Shown here piece by piece: positions 60,362-64,000 of a stretch of 64,000 nt of DNA. Origin of the DNA: an uncultured Chloroflexia bacterium (GTDB lineage Bacteria; Chloroflexota; Limnocylindria; Limnocylindrales; CSP1-4); contig CAWIGT010000001.1 of NCBI GenBank assembly GCA_963835845.1, positions 470,122-534,121 of the forward strand. The letters are read 5' to 3'. The notes below the pieces were generated by a model. It worked only from the letters and a program-made list of their open reading frames with translations, was not told the origin of the DNA and searched no databases. Within the stretch, counting starts at the first letter, position 1. Every line of letters starts with the position of its first letter. Made by a program: the position numbers and the translations under genes.

Positions 60362-60845
60362 ATGCTGAAATCTCCGATCCGCCACGCCAGGTGACGTCTC
60401 ACTCATCGTGAGCTACATCCGTGAACTCGCCGCGTTCGAGCGCGAGCCGGAGAAAGCCGTCGTCACCGACGGCGACATTTTGCGCTACGCATTCTCCGAG
60501 CAGCCGCTCGTGAGAGTGACCATGGCCGAGTGGAACGGCGAACCGGCCGGCTTCGCCCTCTGGTTCCTCAACTTCAGCACCTGGGAAGGCAAGCCCGGCA
60601 TCTATCTGGAGGACCTGTTCGTCCGCCCGGCCTTTCGTGGCCACGGCATCGGCAAAGCGCTGCTTAGGCAGCTGGCAGCGACCGCCCTACGCGAAGGCTG
60701 GACGCGGTTCGTCTGGCAGGTGCTCGACTGGAATACGCCGGCGATCGAGTTCTACGAGGCCCATGGAGCCAGAGTCATGCGCTCGTGGCTCACGTGCCGA
60801 ATAGAGGGCGACGCGATCGCTCGCCTGGCCGAAATGGTGGATTAG
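60362..60845 (+). pseudogene. GNAT N-acetyltransferase (diamine/SSAT-like), one frameshift near 60388
   Basis: MLKSPIRHAR (frame 2) joins ...PGDVSLIVSYIRELAAFE... AcCoA-binding site is RPAFRGHGIGKALL. Confidence 0.75.
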
Positions 60846-60870
60846 CGCTAGAACGACGCCGGGCGACGGC

Positions 60871-61128
60871 CTAGTAGCGAGTTCGGCGCGTCTCTTCCTT
60901 CTTGGGCGGGCGCGGTTCATTGCCCGGACGCGGCGGGTTCGGTCGCGTGCCGGGGGCCATATCCGGCTGCGGGGGCCGCGGACCGCGAGCGCGCGCGGCT
61001 TCAACCTCGGCCGCGAACGCTGCCGCTCGCTCTGGAGAGATGGCGCGCTCCCATTCGGCCGTTATCTGCTTGGCTCGCACGTTCGCCGCCGCTCGCTGCT
61101 CGCGTTCGTGTCTTGACCGCTTCGTCAT
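60871..61128 (-). CDS. Small basic hypothetical protein (85 aa)
   Basis: AAGAGGA lies 5 nt upstream of the ATG. Helical N-terminal half and Pro/Arg-rich tail. No family recognised. Confidence 0.45.
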   Translation of the reverse strand: MTKRSRHEREQRAAANVRAKQITAEWERAISPERAAAFAAEVEAARARGPRPPQPDMAPGTRPNPPRPGNEPRPPKKEETRRTRY

Positions 61129-61266
61129 TTGGTCCTCTTACTGGATACGCGGCAGTTCCGCCGGATGAGCGACCATTCTGCACTCTTCCCGGCCGCCTGT
61201 CCCGCAACCCGTACCACGGGGCGGCGCGATCGGTTTCCGCACGAAATGATCTGGCACAGTTGCGCA

Positions 61267-62775
61267 ATGAGCGCGACGGACGCGAAACGCATCTTCACCG
61301 GCATCGGGACGACGTACGACCGCGTCGCTACGGTCCTCTCGCTCGGACAGGATCCGCGCTGGCGGCGTGCGCTCGTGGATGCGATCGACGCCCGGCCGAC
61401 CGACCGGATCCTCGACGTCGCGACGGGGACCGGAATGGTCGCGCAGGCCCTGCGCGATCGATACCACTGCACGGTCGTTGGGCTCGATCAGAGTGCCGAC
61501 ATGCTGGCGGTCGCACGCCGTCGTGCTGGGGTCTACGAAGCTCTCGTCGAAGGCCGCGCCGAGTCGCTACCCTTTCCAGACGCTTCGTTCGACCACCTCA
61601 CGTTCACATACCTCCTCCGTTACGTCGACGACCCCGCCGCCACCATGCGGGAGCTCGCTCGGGTGGTCAAGCCGGGTGGCCGGATCGCGATGGTCGAGTT
61701 CGGCCTGCCGCGCGGGATCTGGCGACCGCTGTGGTGGCTGTACACCCGCCTCGGGCTGCCGGTTTCGGGCCGTATCGTGTCCACCAGGTGGTCCGCGGTG
61801 GGTGCGTTCCTGGGCCCGAGCATCGAGCGCTTCTATGAGCGCCATCCCCTCCTGATGGTCGAGAGCTACTGGGCGGCGGCCGGGCTCGGCTGCGTTAGGA
61901 CCCGCCGGATGAGCGTGGGCGGCGGGGTCGTCATGAATGCTACGAAGCTCCAGGCGCCGCCCGATCCGCCGGCGCCGCAGGCATTGCCGGCTGTCCCGCC
62001 TGCTGCGGCCACCTCGTCCGGATCGGCGACATCGTCGGGAGCAGCCACATCGTCCACGGCCGTTCTCTCGCCCGCGTTCTACGCGGCCGGTGGCGGCGGT
62101 TGGCGCGATTACTGGACGCTGCTGCATCCGCCATACACCATCTGGCATCTCTCATACGTGCTGCTCGGGGCAGCCCTGGCCGCTTCGCCGGACCCCAGGG
62201 TCGTTGCCGGCGCCCTGGTCGCCTTCGGGTTGGCCGTCGGCATCGGCGCCCACGCCTTCGACGAACTCAACGGCAGGCCGCTGCGCACGCGAATTCCGTC
62301 GCCGGTACTGGTCGCCCTCGGCACGGCTGCTCTCCTGGTGGCGGTCACGATCGGCATAGTGGGGGCGACGATGTTCGGTCCCCTGTTCCTCTTCTTCGTG
62401 ATCGGCGGCGCGGCGGTCGTCGTCCTCTATGCGTTCGAGGCGCCGCTGGTGCACACGGACATCGGTTTTGCCATCGGCTGGGGTGCCTTTCCCGTCGTGG
62501 CGACCGCATACGCAGTCGGGGCTCGGCCTGTTCCGATCCTCCTGGCGGCCACGGCCGCCGCTTTGCTGAGCCTGGCCCAACGACGCCTCTCGACCCGGGC
62601 CCGCTCGGTCCGACGTCGTGCCATCAGCGTGAGCGGCGAGATCGTCTACGCCGACGGATCTCGCGAGTCGGTCGACGCCCGCGCGCTCATCGGCGCGCCC
62701 GAAGGAGCGTTGTCGGTGCTCTGGCTCGGAGTCTTTGCGATATCGCTGGCGGTGCTACTGGCGCGTTGGTCGTGA
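61267..62775 (+). CDS. UbiE/MenG-type SAM methyltransferase fused to a polytopic membrane domain of unknown family
   Basis: FTGIGTTYDRV, SAM motif ILDVATGTGMV, VKPGGRIAMVEF. A P/A/S/T linker carries a 3x ~18-nt repeat (62007-62060). Then ~6 TM helices (HLSYVLLGAALA..., GAHAFDELNGRPL). No stop separates the two parts. Confidence 0.7.
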   Translation: MSATDAKRIFTGIGTTYDRVATVLSLGQDPRWRRALVDAIDARPTDRILDVATGTGMVAQALRDRYHCTVVGLDQSADMLAVARRRAGVYEALVEGRAESLPFPDASFDHLTFTYLLRYVDDPAATMRELARVVKPGGRIAMVEFGLPRGIWRPLWWLYTRLGLPVSGRIVSTRWSAVGAFLGPSIERFYERHPLLMVESYWAAAGLGCVRTRRMSVGGGVVMNATKLQAPPDPPAPQALPAVPPAAATSSGSATSSGAATSSTAVLSPAFYAAGGGGWRDYWTLLHPPYTIWHLSYVLLGAALAASPDPRVVAGALVAFGLAVGIGAHAFDELNGRPLRTRIPSPVLVALGTAALLVAVTIGIVGATMFGPLFLFFVIGGAAVVVLYAFEAPLVHTDIGFAIGWGAFPVVATAYAVGARPVPILLAATAAALLSLAQRRLSTRARSVRRRAISVSGEIVYADGSRESVDARALIGAPEGALSVLWLGVFAISLAVLLARWS

Positions 62776-62839
62776 GCGCCGGCCTCTCCCGCCGTCGATC
62801 GTAGTCACGGAAGCCCGGACCGAGCGGCCCGTGCGGCCC

Positions 62840-63154
62840 TCAACTCGCGGCCGGCGGCTGCGTCAGCTCGTAGGTCACTTTGTAGTACGTGATTCCGAGC
62901 GCCCGGCGCTCGTACTCGCGGCTCGATACGACACGATAGCCCCGCCGGGACATCGCGATCGCGTCGCTCTCCATCTTCTCCTCGAGGCGAAGCTGGTAGG
63001 CACTCCGCGCATTCGGGTTACGGCCGCCCAGAATGAAGAACGTCATGATCGGGTTGATAAGGCCCAGGAAGCTGTCGCGTCCGTATTCCTTGACGACGAT
63101 CCGCTGCGGTTCGTGCTTGTCGAACAGAGCCATGTCCATAACCTGCGAATTCAT
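62840..63154 (-). CDS. Hypothetical protein (~104 aa), lower GC than surroundings
   Basis: The protein-like segment is MALFDKHEPQRIVVKEYGRDSFLGLINPIMTFFILGG...EYERRALGITYYKVTYELT. There is no clear SD and the start is ambiguous (63154 or 63136). Confidence 0.4.
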   Translation of the reverse strand: MNSQVMDMALFDKHEPQRIVVKEYGRDSFLGLINPIMTFFILGGRNPNARSAYQLRLEEKMESDAIAMSRRGYRVVSSREYERRALGITYYKVTYELTQPPAAS

Positions 63155-63446
63155 TGGTGGTGGAGCGACCGGGCCGGCAACATCCGCCGCGAGCCGTGAG
63201 CGTGTCAAGTCGCCGCCATCGGTGGTCGCCCGCGCGAGGCCGGGCAACCTGCCAACGCAACTCAATTCAACCACGATAGCCCGCGTCATGCACCGCGACG
63301 CGCGCGCCGCATCTGGCCCCGAGATCGCGCGAAAGCCGAAGGCCTGCGATCCCGCGCAACACCGTCCATCGTTTCGCCGGCATCGATTTCGCCCGCGCCA
63401 AGATTGACCGAGTGGGATCGACCCGACTAGGGAATGGAGGGCGCGC

Positions 63447-64000
63447 ATGGGCAAGGTGATCTACTCGATGAACGTCTCGCTCGACGGCTACGTCGAAACG
63501 CCCGACCACTCGCTGGAGTGGACGAACATCGACGAGGAGGTGCACTGCTGGTTCACCGACCTGTCTCGTGAAGCGGCCGCGTTCGTCTATGGTCGGCGGC
63601 TGTACGAACTGATGGCGGCGTACTGGCCTACGGCCGAGTCGGATCCGGCCACGACGGACTACATGCTCGACTTCGCTCGGGTCTGGGTACCGAAACCGAA
63701 GATCGTCTTTTCGAACAGCCTGACCAGCGTCAAATGGAACAGCCGGCTCGTGCGCGGCGACGTCGGCGACGAACTGGCGCGCCTGCGGGCCGAATTCGAC
63801 GGCGACCTCAATGTCGGTGGCCCCACGCTCGCCGCGGAGTTCATCCGGCGCGGCCTGGTCGACGAGTACCGGCTCGTCGTCCATCCGGTCATCCTGGGCT
63901 CCGGAACGCCTTTCTTCCCCGGGCTCGACAAGCCGATCGGCCTGCGTCTGTTCGACACTCACCGGTTCGCCTCGGGCGCGACATACCTCGGATACGCCAG
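63447..64000 (+). CDS. Dihydrofolate reductase-like (RibD_C/YwjB family) protein, 3' end beyond window
   Basis: My own translation from ATG 63447 (GGAGGG 7 nt upstream) gives MGKVIYSMNVSLDGYVE...FVYGRRLYELM...LNVGGPTLAAEFIRRGLVDEYRLVVHPVILGSGTPFF. It is absent from the ORF track because no stop lies in the window. Confidence 0.75.
   Translation, partial: MGKVIYSMNVSLDGYVETPDHSLEWTNIDEEVHCWFTDLSREAAAFVYGRRLYELMAAYWPTAESDPATTDYMLDFARVWVPKPKIVFSNSLTSVKWNSRLVRGDVGDELARLRAEFDGDLNVGGPTLAAEFIRRGLVDEYRLVVHPVILGSGTPFFPGLDKPIGLRLFDTHRFASGATYLGYA

Overview
High-GC (~68%) bacterial chromosomal segment, densely coding on both strands, mostly core housekeeping operons. In order: tRNA-Val; a T-box leader and thrS; infC-rpmI-rplT; a second T-box-like leader and pheS-pheT; cvpA-like; mpg; mutS2; a cell-wall cluster (FemAB-like, murJ, convergent class A PBP); tyrS. 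Next comes a translationally coupled histidine operon headed by a YerC/TrpR-like gene (yerC-hisG-D-C-B-H-F-IE), with hisA divergent. Then an LCP protein; a stand-alone EF-G paralog; yebC-ruvC; ruvA; ruvB-tgt; recA-recX; rny-ymdB; a PHP phosphoesterase; miaB-miaA; hflX. The last ~16 kb is more accessory: Ppm1-like GT2, USP, ArsB-like permease, a PIN protein, a marR-ClC-ABC-2 operon, a malectin-esterase lipoprotein, a membrane-anchored lytic transglycosylase, a GYF/TM2 plus DUF2752 pair, a GNAT, a MenG-like methyltransferase fused to a membrane domain, and a RibD_C/DHFR-like gene running off the end. T-boxes, RNase Y/YmdB, YerC, FemAB and LCP together in a high-GC genome suggest a Terrabacteria lineage such as Chloroflexota or a relative; this is inference only. 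I saw no rRNA, CRISPR array, IS element, integrase or recognisable defence island. Three things are not explained by ordinary annotation. (1) Many essential genes need single-nucleotide frameshifts to be read, and these cluster strongly in thrS and in ruvB..ymdB. The likeliest cause is uneven consensus quality, but it must be checked. (2) Two diverged paralogous non-coding modules flank the GT2 gene. Each has a DnaA-box-like GTGGATAAGC, a TAnATT hexamer and a GCCCGGAGG/CCUCCGGGC closing helix, and one sits in a 634-nt gap with no credible ORF. (3) A twice-repeated peptide motif LDQWGI[DE]FP lies upstream of the signal-anchor of the transglycosylase, and its DNA differences fall almost only on third codon positions. 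Long antisense ORFs in the track are treated as high-GC shadow ORFs.
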